NCBI RefSeq assembly: GCF_009914755.1
Contig: NC_060928.1
Reading direction: 5' to 3' (one strand)
DNA from: the human T2T-CHM13v2.0 reference genome, Homo sapiens
Length of the DNA stretch: 64,000 bases
The notes beneath the pieces were generated by a model. It saw nothing but the letters and a program-made list of their open reading frames with translations. It did no database searches and had not been told where the DNA came from. Of the stretch, positions 29,658-51,023 are shown one piece after another (position 1 is the first letter of the stretch; each line of letters starts with the position of its first letter). The position numbers and the translations under genes were made by a program.

Positions 29658-30187
29658 GAATTCAAGAAAATTCCTCTTCCTTAATCACAGATAGATAATG
29701 CTTCTAGGGCTTCCATGCAGGCTATAGTTAGCTGCAAATGATTTTATTCTTCCTTCTTTCCCCAGGCCTCCAACAACACAAGCTCTCTTTGAAATATAAC
29801 CTTGATCTTTAGCAGGTTTCTAACCATTAACTTTCTGTCAGAAGAAGGGAATATTACAATAAAGGTGATCATTCAAAAGATGGATTTACTTATTTTTTCT
29901 TAACATTAAATTCTTCTTTATATTTATTGTTATATTTAAATAAGGAGATACTATGTTGCCTAGTGGATAGCACATAGATTGGCAATCAATGCACATTATG
30001 TCAAATTCTACTTGGCTATTTTATACCTCAGACTTGCTGTTTTTGATTGAGTTGCATCTGTAGATGACAATGTCACCTCATAGTAATGTTTTGCAGAGAT
30101 GCTGTAAAAAGAAATGCTGTTTGTTACTTCATATGCACTCAACAGACGGTATGTTTTTTGTTCCCCTTTTTTTTTTTTTTTGTATAA

Positions 30188-30313
30188 GAGGCAGGAGAAT
30201 AGCTTGAACCAGAGAGGCAGAGGCTGCAGTAAGCCGAGTTTGTGTCACTGCACTCCAGCCTGGGCAACGGAGCGAGATTTCGTCTCAAAAAAAAAAAGAA
30301 AAAAGGAAAAAAA
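30188..30313 (+). mobile_element. Alu right-arm fragment
   Basis: GAGGCAGGAGAAT...GTCTCAAAAAA. Confidence 0.8.
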
Positions 30314-30726
30314 GATCAATGTTCATTCAATATTATTAGAGGATTAAATGTTTGTTCCTTTCCAAAGCATGTGTCAAGAAGCAGTTTTGCAATCCAGACT
30401 GAAATGGAACTAGTCAGGAAAACTTGTTATAAACCCTTGAGAACACGCTAACCTTTAGAAAAAAACTCACCCAGTGTTTATTTGGGACCCTGAAGTCCAG
30501 TAAATAATGTGTATTTAATTAAAATCTCAGCTTCTTTGGGAAGGAAGTGAACTTTCTTTGTCGTTCAAATTGGTAGGCAAAGGAATTTAGACCAAATTAA
30601 AGTGTTGTTGAGCCTTCAAAATACAAAACAAACGAAATAATATTTCTAAGGACTAAATTATATGCTGATTTTTTTGTCTTCCCACACTGACATTTTAACT
30701 CTTTTACTGTATTAAAAATATAAAGT

Positions 30727-31122
<396 letters not shown>

Positions 31123-31610
31123 TTACTCTGTTCTCCACCTATCTAAATCTTATTAACCAAGGTCCATTTTTTCCCCTATAAATGTCCTTCCAGAGGATTC
31201 CAGCCCAAAATGTAGATTAAAACAAGTGCCCTCATTTTCAAAAGTACTAGACTACCTTTTAGAATTCACTACCTCTCTGCCCTAAGTTTCAATTGCTAGT
31301 CAACTCTGACCCAAATGATCACCTCTGAGTTTAGGTTAGACCCAATCAATTACGTTCTCATAATCAATTATCAGAGACTATTCAATGAGTATGTAATCTC
31401 AAAGCATTAGTCCCAAAATTGAACTTGGGACTCTTAAGGGTGCCACCATGCTATTCCAGACAGCCAATTTTAGGAGGAAGAACAGTGTAATCCCTGACTT
31501 TTCATGCCAGTCTGCTCAAGACACTGAGGAACCCCATCCAGGCCCATTCCAGTCCTGGCTGTCAACAGACAACAAACCAAAGTAAGCCCTATGTAAAACA
31601 GATATTTTTA

Positions 31611-32002
<392 letters not shown>

Positions 32003-32435
32003 CTACTTTGCTAGGTGTGGTGCTTTCTAGAGACTCCTACTTAGAAGGCAGCCTTAGGAGTACAATCGTTGAGTTACAATCTTTCCTCTTCCTGTAATTC
32101 CCTCAGTGCAAACACTTTGTTGTGGACCATATCAGGCTCTTGGTGTTTTCAAACAGTACCAGTGAATCTGATAAATTCCATTGTGCTACACTAAAATAAC
32201 CTTCAGGGCCTCTTCCCTACCTCAAAAAGTCTTAATGATGGTTTTTTATTGATACTTTGGTTTGCCATCCAAAGGAATGAGAGAAGAGGTTAAAATTCTA
32301 GACCAGGTGAGAGGTGAAGGTGAACAGGTTGAGACAGATACTTTTTATGAGTAGCTTGCTGAGGAGCTTGATTCTTCTGAGTACGTGGCCAACAGCTTTT
32401 TCCCAGCTTTCCAGTGCCTGCTAAAGAATGAACTT

Positions 32436-32915
<480 letters not shown>

Positions 32916-32998
32916 TTACTAAGCCTGAAGTTCTCCCACTTCCTTTGTTTCTATCTTCCTCTTCCACGTACATGTTCTATCGTTCTTTAAGATTCTTC

Positions 32999-33300
32999 TT
33001 TTTTTTTTGAGATGGAGTCTCGTTCTGTCGCCCAGGCTGGATGGAGTGTGCAGTGGCGCAATCTCGGTTCATTGTAAACTCTGACTCTTGGGTTCGAGCA
33101 ATTCTCCCACCTCACCCTTCCGAGTAGCTAGGATTACAGGCGTCCACCACCATGCCCAGCTAATTTTTTTTTGTATTTTTAGTAGAGACGGGGTTTCACC
33201 ATGTTGGCCAGGCTGTTCTTGAACTCCTGACTTCAAGTGTTCCACTTGCTTCGGCCTCCCAAAGTGCTAGGATTACAGGCATGAGCCTCCGCACCCAGCC
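32999..33300 (-). mobile_element. Alu (AluS-like)
   Basis: Full dimer, TSD-like ATTCTTCTT. Confidence 0.88.
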
Positions 33301-34263
33301 TCAAAATTCTTCTTCTGAAATCCGTTACTTGCATAATGGACATGCCAGCTCTGAAATTTTCCTCTTGGGACTGGAATAAAGGGGAAAACAGGAGAAAAAA
33401 AGATAAAAGAAGCATTAGCTCTGTTTCTCATCTTCCTCTGTGGGACTAAAGACAGACAGAAACCAGGCTCTCCCTCTCTGTGAAAAACCCATGAACCTTG
33501 GAGGTTTCTTCATCTCCCTTGACAGATTGAAGCCTTAAATATCTGTCTAAAGTCATTAGGCCGTTAAAGTGTTTACATTTTATTTATGCACTATTCTGTT
33601 AATATTATCATTACTATGATTGATCATATTAAGAGAAACAATGCTATTTCCCTTTTTTTGTTATTTAATCTTCTCGAATCTGGTATAATTTGTTGATATC
33701 ATTAAAACAGAATAGTGTAAAATGTCAACATGTTAAAAGACTCATAAAATGATTACATATTTCAGTGAGGCATCCAACTGATATTTTAACATTGTAGACA
33801 TAATAAAAGAGTTCCTATGACAATTATTTATCACAAGATAACTTTTGCCACAAACTCATAAGAAAATTCACGATATCAGCTTTCAGAGTGAAAAAATACC
33901 TTGAAATTTAAATTATAAAATATATGAGTTGTGATTGTGAGATTTTATCTCAGTTTTTCTAGAAAGCATGCAAAAATGAAGCATTTTTACCACTGTGACA
34001 TTATAGTCACTTGTCTGCTGAAATTACAATGAAGTCTTTTGTCTTAATCTATAATGAGTTCTGTAGAATGGCTGCATATTTCTTCAAGCTGTTGAGCGTC
34101 AGCTTGTTGCTAAAGAGGTTTACGTTACTATCTAGTGAGGTTTAGTTAGTGTGATAATGAAGGCACAAGGGAAATTTTCAAAAAACAGTTGAAAAAAATT
34201 TTCAAAAAAAAATTTCAAAAAAAATAATCTATTATTTTTAAATAGATAATGTGAATTTAGCTA

Positions 34264-34391
<128 letters not shown>

Positions 34392-35885
34392 GATATCACA
34401 TAGGATGTGATACGTTATCACTTAATGAAGGTATCACATGGAATGATAGAGAATTGCATATTTTAGAGAAGTACTGACTGACTATAAATACATAAATAAA
34501 TAATTCTAGTGGAAAAATCATCAAGCATATCCTGACCAATGGCTTAAAGTCTGCTTTTTGTTTTTGTGCTATTTGGATAGTAACAGTGGCCATTGCTTGA
34601 TTAATTACTGGCAATGATAAATCAACTTAATATACGTTACCTCGCTCAATCAACCCAGCAACCTCTACAAGACAGACATTTTCACATAAGCATATTGAGG
34701 TTTGGTGAGGTTGAATAATGTGCTGCATCTTAAAAGGTGAAACCAGAACTGAGGCACTTGTCCTTCACCGCTAGGACACCTGCATGCAGGGAAACTTACA
34801 GGCAGTGAGATGGTCACAAGATTTCTGCCCATCTTCAAACAGATGCATACAGTACTTTGTGAACTCACTAGTGAAAACCTAAATGAAAGCAAAAATATGA
34901 GTGCACTGAGGTTTAAAATAAACCTAAACAAAGCCAATGGATTTCATAGTCTGAGCTTTGTCTGGTTTCCTGATTGGTGATGAAATATAGTTGAACTTAT
35001 GAGCCTCTCAGAAAAATGGAGACATTTGTGGGGGAAAATATGCAAAACATGATAATCCTCTGGACTGTTGTTCTCATAAAATATAGACATCTCTCAGACA
35101 GCAACAACATTAGCCATGACCTACACATTCTTTTTAAAATACATCACTGAGTCCATTTAAAGTTACAAAATGTGTTACTCGGTGCACAAATAGAATAACA
35201 GTTGTTCAAACCAAATTAAGGGCTCCCCTCAGATATCTCTTTTATTGACAGTATATTGGTACACAGGAACTACAGCCATTAAATAAGTACTGTATTCTCA
35301 ACCTAGAAGATTTGGTGGGAAATAACTTCTGAAATTGATGTTGAACAGAACAAGTGGCTTTCTAGTTAGTGTTTACAGATAATTTGGTTCTTCCTGAATT
35401 ACTTGTGAGTTCTATCACATTCCTGTAATTACTTGTATATATCTTTCTCTTTTACTAAACTGCGAACCACTGGAGTGTGGGCTCTGAGTGTGATTCCTCT
35501 TTGTATACCCAGATTATAAAAATAATTCATGAGTTTATAGTGATACTAAAAAAGAAAAAAAGGGAGAAAGTGAAGCTACCCTTCAGAGAATAGTGTTAGA
35601 TAACGAACATACAAAAGATGATAGAATTAGTAAATCACCATTTTCCAGACACCAACATAATACCATTCAGGAAAGTATCATTAATAGATGCTAAAACTAT
35701 TGAGTGGTTAAAATATTGTTGGAGAACAAGATATTTACTGTCAAAGAATTAATCTCACATTCATTATAAACTATTCAGGAATAAACATTTCCTTTACAAT
35801 TGGAAAAAGATAGTAGACACCTAAACCAAGTGACAATAATTAATATTAACAATAACTGGAGAGATTCTTTCTTCCTCTTCTCCTT

Positions 35886-36563
<678 letters not shown>

Positions 36564-36852
36564 TCTTTTCTTGGCAGAGCCTTTCTTCATGTGCCAGGCT
36601 TGGTGTGCCTGAAGCTATGCTTTCTAAATGGACCATTCTCCTTCTTCTTTCCTATGTTGTCCTCCTTTTTTTCTTCTTCCTTCTTCATCAGGCTGAGATA
36701 TTTCAAATAGGAAGGCCCAGGAATTTGCTTACATATAGAGAAAATTGGAAATAATGGGAGCAAAGGAAAAAGGAGTACTAATATAGAAAAAAGAAATGCT
36801 GGAATGAATCCTGTGCCGTTGGATTGGAACTGGAGATATCTGTGTAAACTCA

Positions 36853-37291
<439 letters not shown>

Positions 37292-38074
37292 ATAGAAACA
37301 GGAATAAACATATGTATGTGTGGTTGTACATTCAGCTGTATGTCCAAATGTGCACACATATATTTTGTAACTCAATACCCTGAGAAGTCCAAGAAGTAAA
37401 GAAATCACTTTAGCAACAAGCATACCTAGTGCCTAGATCTAGTTTTCTAGAAATAATTCCACTAGAAGGAGCCCTGGAGTTCTTCTCCAAGGGGGTCCTT
37501 GGAGAAATGGTTGATCCCAGGGATACAGCAGGCATGCCTTGTTGGGCTAAAGAATAAGGAAAGAGCAAAGAATAGTGGGGACATATCAAAAGGACACAGA
37601 AACCAGTTGGAAGGGGCTTCACTGGCCAAGGGTCAGACAATTCGAGCAGCAAAATAAAGGAGGTGAAATCTGACTTCAGTTTCCCTGAGTAGCTGGTGTA
37701 TGACAGGGTAGGACAGATAACCCTAAAAGGACAAACCACAGCTGTCCTCAAGCAGCTCTGGCAGGCTTCAGCCTCTTAAGCACAGAGGCCTCATGCTGCT
37801 CTCCAACAGCTAGAATAGTGGAGATGTGCTTGAGGCAGAAGAGGAAACTAGAAGAGATGGCACCAGGAAGTGAGGTCCAAAACAAACCAACAAATAAATA
37901 ATGATGGTAATGGATGAAGACTCTTTGAGTAAAGTAGAAAGCCATGAATCTATAATGATGTTAACTAAGTAATTAGGTTCACTGGCACAAAGCATAATCT
38001 CAACAGTGTTGTCGAATGTCACAGTCCATCTTCAGGCAAGAATAATAAAAAAAATGCTAAAACTGATGGGTGAA

Positions 38075-38437
38075 TGTATTAGTCTGTTCTCATGCTGCTA
38101 ATAAAGACATACCCAAGACTGGGTAATTTATAAAGGAAAGAGGTTTAATTGACACACAGTTCCACATGGCTGGGGAGGCCTGACAATCATGGTGGAAAGC
38201 AAAGGAGGAGCAAAGGCATGTCTTACATGGTGGCAGGTAAAAGACTATGCACAGGAGAACTCCCCTTTATAAAACTATCAGATCTCATGAGACTTATTCA
38301 CTATCATGAGAACAGCACAGGAAAAACTGCCCCCATGGCTTAATTACCTCCCACCAGGTCCCTCCTGCAACACATGGAGATTATAGGAGCTACAATTCAA
38401 GATGAGATTTGGGTGGGGACATAGCCAAATCATATCA
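38075..38437 (-). mobile_element. THE1 (B/C-like) MaLR solo LTR
   Basis: TGTATTAGTC...CATATCA termini with perfect 5-bp TSD GTGAA. Confidence 0.9.
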
Positions 38438-39263
38438 GTGAAGTATCATGAGGAATAGGATATTCACATAGCCTCAAAGTGTTTTGTTAATTACTTATTA
38501 ATTAATAATGACAACATATTTAACCAATTTTCAAGTAGAGAAAACTGGAAGACACCATCTTAACCAAGTTTTCAAAGTTAACATCATCAGATAAAGGACA
38601 AATTGATACCTTGTGGGTCTTGATATGATGCACTGAGGAGACCACATCATTTATGTGGTATTTCTGTCAAAAATGCACAAATCATGAGAAATCAGACAAA
38701 ACCAATTTGGGGGACTTTCTACAAAGTAACTCTTCAAAAGTAACAAGAGCATGAAAGAGAAAGACAGGAAATGTTTCAGACTGAAGGGATCTAAAAAAGC
38801 ATGTCAACTAAATGTGTCATGTGATCCTGGATTAGATCTAGGACCTTTGATGGACATCACTGGACGATTGGTAAAATTTGAAAGGGGCCTACGGATTAGA
38901 TGGTAATTTACAATGCTAATTTCCTTGTCCTAGTGTGATTTTGTAGTAGATTGTCCTTGTATACACGAAACAAACACTGAAATATTAAGAGATAACATGG
39001 TATAATATCTGCAACTTATTCTCAAATGGCTCAGAAATATTATCAGAGGATCTGGGTGATAAAAACAAAGGGGAAACTTTTGTTTGAGATGTCAAAACAC
39101 ATATCTATATAATTTATGATTTCAAAAGGTAACCACAATGGAAGCTGATATTTAGGACTGAATGAAAATGAATTTACTTATGCAAATTTGTAGAATACAG
39201 TTATGATGGTAGTCGAAAGGAATTATAGCACTTGAAATACTTATATTAGAAAAAAATATATAT

Positions 39264-40057
<794 letters not shown>

Positions 40058-40084
40058 TGAACTTTTTAAAGGAAAATAAGAATA

Positions 40085-40640
40085 TAAATAGGACAAAATG
40101 ATATTATGTACTTCCCAGTAATGTCATTTGAGAAAGACATTATATCATCATTGTAATATTTTTGGCAAAAATATTTCAACTGATTCTAATCATGAGGAAA
40201 CAATCAGACAAACTGAAACTGTGGGACATTCTATCAAACACCTGGCCCAAATGTTTCAAAAATGTCAGTCTCATGGAAGTCAAAGAAAAGTAACAAGAAC
40301 AAAAACAGAACACTCCTAGAATAAAAGCTAGAAAAACTCATGATCTAAATGCAATGCCTGTCTGGTCCTTGTTTTGCCCTGGATTTTTTTTAAAAAGCTA
40401 TAAATGTCAATGCTATTATTTAGACAATTGGGGACATTTGAACATAACATAATAGTATTACATAGTATTAACTGTATAGCTTGTGACAATATTATATTTA
40501 TGTAGAATAGTATTTTTGTTCTCGAGAGGTGATGTGTCATGACATCAGCAATGATAAACAGATAATAAATCTGACAAGTGTTAATACTTGGAAAATCTAG
40601 GGGATGAGTACCCTGATAGTTGGAAGTTCATTGTATTGTG
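40085..40640 (+). mobile_element. Ancient L1M 3' UTR fragment
   Basis: TCTAATCATGAGGAAACAATCAGACAAAC..GGGACATTCTA motif. Confidence 0.55.
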
Positions 40641-41678
40641 AGGTTATTTTCAATGTTTCTTGAGGTTTTGCGTTTAAGAAGGATTTGTTAAGCACTATGT
40701 GCTGGAAATACAAATAAACAAGACCCTTCCCCAAGGAAATCCCATTTTTATGGAAGATGTGACATGATGAAATTGCTGTAGTGTATGCTGATAGGTGCAT
40801 GAATACAGACATTAAAAATACACATTGAATGTAGCGTAAATTTTGTTAATAAAAACATCAGAAATAAAGCTTAGAAAATTAAAATTCTCATATGTCATAG
40901 TCCAGAGATAACTATTGTTAACACTTATCTATGTTCTTTCTTTCCTCTCCCTTCCTCTCCCTTCTCTTCTCTTGCTCTCTACCCTTGGGAGATGGGAGTA
41001 CTAAATGGAAGTCACATGGAATTTTCAGTTCTGTTCTCTGACTTTTTCACTCATTATGTCATTGCAGAGTATTTTCCTTGCCATTAACATTTCTTTGAAA
41101 TTTCCATTTTGGCTGCACAATATTTAATTATACTCCCCCATTGTTGAAGATTTTGACCATTTCCAAATATTCTCTATTATAAATGATTAGAAGAAGGAAA
41201 TGATTAATAAAAAAGGGGTTTGGATAGCAAGAGAAAATGCTGGTCATAGTATGAAAGTAAGTAAATTTTTAATATATTCCTTTTGATATATTCCTTTCAC
41301 TCATTTTATAACAGGAGATGCTACCCCTTATCTAATTTTCCAGTTAGTTTACATAATGATTTTGCTGGATTAGCTCATAGTGGTATTTTATATTGAAGTA
41401 ACAATATAGCAATATCAGGTTATATGTTAATATTAAATATTTGTAATGTGAAATTAAAATTCTTCATTTGATTTTTCTACTTCTGAAAGAAGTTTTAATA
41501 TAAAATGCAATTTAAAGGAAACATTTTATTATATTAAAAATAATTTTCCTTATTTAATATCCCTCTCCCTTTAACCTTCCCCCTTAAACTTCTCTGTGGA
41601 TTTTATTATTTCTTGAAATGAAAATGTCTTTGGGCATTTATGTATCTGAAAGATAAAATGCACAACAGTTAAAGATAA

Positions 41679-42035
<357 letters not shown>

Positions 42036-43477
42036 TAAAGGGGAAAGGCACTCTCACATACCATTTATGGGAGTGCAATTTGATATAACTTTTTTGTAGG
42101 ATAATATATTTAAAATGCTAATATGCATAACCATGTTCTTATCCGTATTTTAAGGTTTTAAAAACATATACAGACAACTTTTAATTGTCCTTGGGAGAGA
42201 GAGACTAATATATAGACTAATACAGCTAACGGAAACATTAAAATCCACTGACAGTCACTTTACACAGGCACTTAAGTCCCCTCTTTCCTCAAAGATTTTA
42301 TTAAATCCTCTAATAAATAGCAAAATGATGGACAACATGATCCCCTGCTTTCCTCTATCTCCAAACTACTCTTGGCAGATGTATCAGTGATTAGTGAAAT
42401 AGCTAAATAGCCACAGTGAGACAAAGTAAAGGCCAAATGCTTGTATAATCCCCAAACAGGACAGGTAGCCACTAAATAATTAAGGTTTGACTGTGCAGTA
42501 GATATAAATTATGCCTAACAAATCCCTTCTGCTCAGCCCTTTCATTATATAATACAAAATGGATTGTATAGAGTAAGTCTTTCCACAAATGGTTCGTAGC
42601 AGAGGATGTTTCAATGAGGATTCTAAATTAGTTAAATGGTCTAAGTACAGAGGAGACAAAAAGGATAATTAGAAACATGCTAAATGGTTGGCCAGTACTA
42701 AAGTCTCTAATACCTCTTCGGAGACTCCTTTATGTTATCTCTATTCCTATAAAGAAATGGTAACAAATCAAATAGATTATATCCTCAGAAGGCATTTTAC
42801 AATCGTACAAGTGTCCCTAAATGGCAACTTAACTGGAAATAAATAAAAACTTTACCTTATACGGTTATAACCCACAATTTTCTTAATGAGCAGAGCTGCC
42901 TATTGGGTTTTTATAGCTAGTCTTTCCCACTTTCAAACTCTGAAGACATGAAATGTTCTTTTTGTTATAGCCCAGAAGCTTTTTTGTACTCTAAATGTAC
43001 CAAAAATATTTTTATTTATGTGTCTGTGCACACTGTGTATCTCAACACAAATGTGACGGGTCCTCCAGTGATGAGTCAGGAAGCTTGGAAAGTAAAGTTA
43101 CCTCACGTGCTAAGATCTATTTCTTCCAATGTATGACAGTTGTTTACATTTAAGATCTTAAAAGGTTAAGTGAAGCATCAGTATTGTCCTCTCGATGTTA
43201 CTCTTTATATTTAGATTAATGTCTTTTATATTGAAATGCAATTGCCACTTATTTTATCAATATCATAGAGTCTGAAAATACTTATTTTTCTCCTTAACCT
43301 ATTATTATATTATTTTAGTTGTTATATTAAAATGCAACTCCTTGATTTAGTGTTATTTATGTACTTTTGTAATGTAATCAATTACATCCAATCCATAAGT
43401 AGCAGCAGGATTACTGACAACATTCAGCACAAGCAATGAGGTTGATTTCTAGATTTTAGACACTTTGTTGGCTGCTA

Positions 43478-43808
<331 letters not shown>

Positions 43809-43919
43809 CCTAGCAGTTTTAAATTACGAAGTTAATGATTTATCCTTTTAACTCATTTCCTTTTATTTCACTAGGTCTAGTTTTTTTATTTTTTAAAAAT
43901 AATTAATTTATTAATTTTT

Positions 43920-44048
43920 TAAAAATAGAGACAGGAGTCTCATTGCCCAGACTGGTCTCAAACTCCTAGAGTCCAGAGATCCTTGAGTTCCTCTCACCTT
44001 GGCCTCCCAAAGTCCTGGGATTACAGGTGTGAGCCACCATGCCTGGCC
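43920..44048 (-). mobile_element. FLAM-type Alu monomer
   Basis: Left monomer; TSD-like TAGGTC(T/C)AGTTT. Confidence 0.75.
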
Positions 44049-44464
44049 TAGGTCCAGTTTTATTTATTTATTTTTTCTTAAAAATTGATCATGCTGTACT
44101 ATCTTTGCTCTCCTGTTGGTAGACTCAAGATAAAAATACAACAAACATTTAATGAGAGTCAACTACTCATCTTGCCTAGGGTAGGAAAGACTTAATGAAG
44201 TTCAGTTCTGGAAATGCCATTATAAAGTGGAAATGTGTGAAGCAGACTGTGTTCCAATTGGTAGATACAATATTATAAGTGGATTATTAATGACTCATCA
44301 AAGAACTTGGCATTTAAAAATATAGAAATGTATTATGAATATCTAACAATTAAAAAATTTATCTCAAACCCATAAAATTGAGCTATAAATTATGAAATTA
44401 TAGATTAGATTGCTAGAAGGTACTTGTTGACTAATCTAATTTAATATCCTCATTTTACAAATGA

Positions 44465-44829
<365 letters not shown>

Positions 44830-45069
44830 TAGCAAAGATGGGGCTACAAACTAACATATCAAACTCTCAGTTTGATGCTCATTTTAGTGCCACATACTGA
44901 CCTCCTTAAATGAGTAGTGTATATTTGTAGTCCAAAATCCATTAGCCTCAAAAATGAATGGAAGAATCTATAAATAAGTAGATGCTGATTCTAAAGATGC
45001 CCTATAACACAGTAATTATTATATTACTAAGGCATATTAGTAATTATTTTGATTACTAACATCTTAAAA

Positions 45070-45556
45070 TTTCTTTTCTCTTTCTCTTTCTCTCCCTTCC
45101 TTTCTTCCTTCCCTTCCCCTTCCTTCCTTCGTTCCTTCCTTCCTTCCTTCCTTTTTCTTTTCTCTTTTCTTTCTCCTTCCTTCCCTCTTTCCTTCCTTCC
45201 TTCCTTCCTTTCTTTCTCTCTCTTTCTTTCTCTCTCTGTCTCTTTCTTTCTGTCTCTCTCTCTTTCTTTTTTAGAGACAGAGTCTTGCTTTGTCACCCAG
45301 GATGGAGTACACTGACACAATCGTGCTCACTGTAACCTTCAACTCCTGGGCTCAATTGATCATCTAGTCTCAGCCTCCCAAGTAGCTAGGACTACAGGTG
45401 CACACCACCACACCCAGCTAAATTGAAAAAAAAAATTGTAGAGATGAGGTTTCACTATGTTGCCCAGACTGGTCTTCAATTCCTGGCCTCAGGTGATCCT
45501 CCCACCTCAGGCTCCCAAAGTGCTTGAATTAAAGGCATAAGATACTGCATCTAGCC
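45070..45556 (-). mobile_element. AluJ-like with ~200-bp CT-rich expanded tail (45070-45272)
   Basis: Alu body 45273-45556; (CTTT/CCTT)n polypyrimidine tract; TSD CATCTTAAAAT encloses both. Confidence 0.88.
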
Positions 45557-45679
45557 TCATCTTAAAATCTAAAACTACTTCTTTCTCAGTAATCTCCTTG
45601 GAGCAAGGTGTAATACATTTTTCAGCCAATCATCTCTTTTTCACAATAATAGCCTTTGCAACATCTTAGAGGAATCAAC

Positions 45680-45870
45680 AAATATTTATTGAGCATCTTT
45701 TATTTTTGAACCAGGGACTGTTCTAGGCAGTTGGGATGCAGTGGTTGAACCAGACAGAGAAGGTTCCTGTTATTACAGAGCTTACATTCTAATATGTGTG
45801 CATGCACACGTTTGTGTGTGTGTACATGCATGTAGTAGTCATAGGGAGCAAACAAAATGAAATAAGAAAA
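45680..45870 (-). mobile_element. L2 3'-end fragment (continues after the MST LTR)
   Basis: AAATATTTATTGAGCA..CCAGG..CTGTTCTAGGC..TGGGATGCAGTGG motif. Confidence 0.65.
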
Positions 45871-45876
45871 TATCAC

Positions 45877-46288
45877 TGACATTGTTTCGATGCTTGTCCC
45901 CTCCAAATATCATGTTGAAATGTGTTCCCCAATGTTGCTGCTGGAGCCTACTGGAAGGTGTTTGGGTCATGGGGGTGGATCTCTTATGAATGGCTTGGTG
46001 CCTTCCCCATGGTAATTAGTGATTTCACATTCTATTAGTTCACACGAGAGCTGGTTGTTTAAAAGAGCCTGGCATCTCCTCCTCTCTCTCTTGCTCCCTC
46101 TCTTGCCATGTGATACACTGGCTGCCCGTTTGCCTTCTGCCATGATCGCAAGCTTCCTGAAGCTTTGCCAGAAGCTGAGCACATGCCATGCTTGTACAGC
46201 CCGCAGAACTGTGAGCCAAATAAACTTCTTTTTATAAATTACCCAGTCTAAGGTATTCCTTTATAGTGATGCAAAATGGGCTAATGGA
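45877..46288 (+). mobile_element. MSTB-like MaLR solo LTR
   Basis: Resembles MST consensus; perfect 5-bp TSD ATCAC. Confidence 0.85.
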
Positions 46289-46404
46289 ATCACAAAGTAA
46301 TAAAAGCTCTGAGGAATAAAAGGGTGATGGAGAATAACTGCAGGCTACTCTAGTGTGGAAAATAAAGGTTTCCTGAGGAACTGAATACTAAAGAAAAGAA
46401 TGAC

Positions 46405-46975
<571 letters not shown>

Positions 46976-46989
46976 AGAAAGAGAGAAAG

Positions 46990-46990
<1 letters not shown>

Positions 46991-47054
<64 letters not shown>
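46991..47054. repeat. (GAAA)16 tetranucleotide microsatellite
   Basis: Read directly; derived from the Alu tail. Confidence 0.95.
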
Positions 47055-47066
<12 letters not shown>

Positions 47067-47219
47067 AGGAAGGAACAAGCCAACTAGAAAATAGCTGTTA
47101 AAGAACACCCCAAGCAAAGGTGAAAGCTAATGTAAAGGTAGGGGATAAAGTTGGCCCACTCAAGAAACAGTAAAAGAAAGAAGTAATACTGATTAAAACA
47201 GAGATAATAAAATAGAATA

Positions 47220-48385
<1,166 letters not shown>

Positions 48386-48783
48386 GTTTGCCTTTTCATG
48401 GGAGTAGTTTTGAATGAAGTTTTAAAACAAATAAGATTTTCCCAATATTGTTCTATTCCAATTGCATTCTGTTAGTCAAAGCTCATCAAACATATAACCC
48501 TGATCCAAAGGGAGGGAGCTGAAAATTTACATGACAAAGGATGTGGATACAGGGGCTATAAAAGGTTGTGGGAATTTGGCAATATATCACAGCCATCTTC
48601 ATGTTTGTAATGGATATTTTTTTTCAGGCCACACACCATATATTCAGCCTATTTTCACCAATTGTATTCCAACTTCTTTTTGGTGAACCATTTCTTCCCC
48701 AATGTATGCACTCTTGGTAAATTAAGCTATTTTGTGCTCCTATGTAATCTAAGCTAGGGGTGGCAGAGCAGGACCAGAACTAG

Positions 48784-49518
<735 letters not shown>

Positions 49519-51023
49519 CTGCAAGTGTCTCCTTAAATTTTGCACCTTAGGCAATATACTTGCTTCATCCTAGTCTTTGCTCTGGTCCCCAGCATTCACT
49601 CTCCTCTTCCATTTTTTAGCAGTAGAATATTTTCAAGTTTTAGTTTGGAGACCACATTTCTAACTTTACTTTCAGATCTGTGTATGTGTGTCTAGCATTC
49701 AGCAAACGGGAAATGAACAGAAATATTATATTCAACTTCTAGATGGCAGCATCTTTTAAAAGAATTAAGCTGCTTATCCACTAAGCTCTGTATCCTCGTT
49801 TCATGTGAGCCGTCTGTAGTTATCTGGCTAGTCGACAGTCCCTAAGGGATAACAGTACAATGAAACAAAAGGGACCACGTGGTCTTTGAATGACATTGTG
49901 GGACAGATTATCTGCCTTGAACTATAATGTGGAGTGTTACATGAGAGATAAATAAATTTATATTTATTTTTGATCCACTGTATTTTGGAGTGTTCGTTGC
50001 TTTAAAACACAAAGTCAATCAGTCTTCTGGGTTTTTAATCTTAAGCTCAGTGAAACCAAGACAGAAAAAGCAGTTGGAGCTAATTCCAGTAGCAGCATAT
50101 TGACAAGAGATTTTAGGGATTTCTGTAGCCTGGACGATCTACACTAGAGCTATATTTTAACTCCTGTTCAATCTTGAACCTGTTTTAGAAATGTTTCATT
50201 AATTTTGTGACTTCTCTGTTATCTTTTCTACAAATACAATTTGCTGAATTTTGCCAGAATTAATTGTGTTACTTGTAACAATAATCACATTCATACTTTC
50301 CCATATTTTGGAATATTTTCTAATGATAGATTTGCAAGCATTGGGATTACTAAGGCAACATTCTTGACAGTTTTTCTAGACTTTGATATAAATACCTATC
50401 TATGTGATTCCAGAGGCCAAACTAAATAAAAAAAAATATTCTTTATACTTGCAGGAGATGACAAAAGTAAAGTAATTGCTTTCTTTACAGGGAAGTATTT
50501 TAGAGAAGGAAAAGGGAATAACTTTTTTCCATATGACCTTCTGTGATAATGTGTGGCTATTGCTGTAATTGTGCTAATGAGATAATTATGCCTAGGTCCT
50601 TTAGTAAAGGCAACATACCAACATTAAACTTTAGGCATACAATAGCTTTATACCAAAGACACAGCTTGGTATGTGTATAGTATGTAGTTTGACTGTGTTG
50701 TGACAGGAGGGAAGGGGTCTGAAAAGGGAAGGCTAGAGTGAAAAAGACACGTGGAGAAAAGAGATATAATAAAAAAGTGCAGGGCATTGGTATATTAACT
50801 GGTTCACCTCCTAGTGAATCAGAAAGCAAGGCTTTGGTTGTAAGGATGACTAATGTTAACGATTCTTTGCCTATTGTTTACAATCTAACTTGTAGTTCCT
50901 TTTATAAATGAAAAAAAAATTCTGTGATTGTATATTCAATTACTCTGCTTTGGAGGTCCAGTACCAAAAGTGAACACAGTTGTGGGTTTTAATAAACATT
51001 TGTTTAGAATCCATCCCATTCCT

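Noticed and set aside
30166-30313. Poly(T) directly before an Alu right-arm fragment as a twin-priming inversion
   Set aside because: No inverted Alu body or TSD could be identified; insufficient support.
45027-45320. Lys/Glu/Arg-rich and Phe/Ser/Leu-rich ORFs
   Set aside because: Translation of the CT-rich low-complexity tract.
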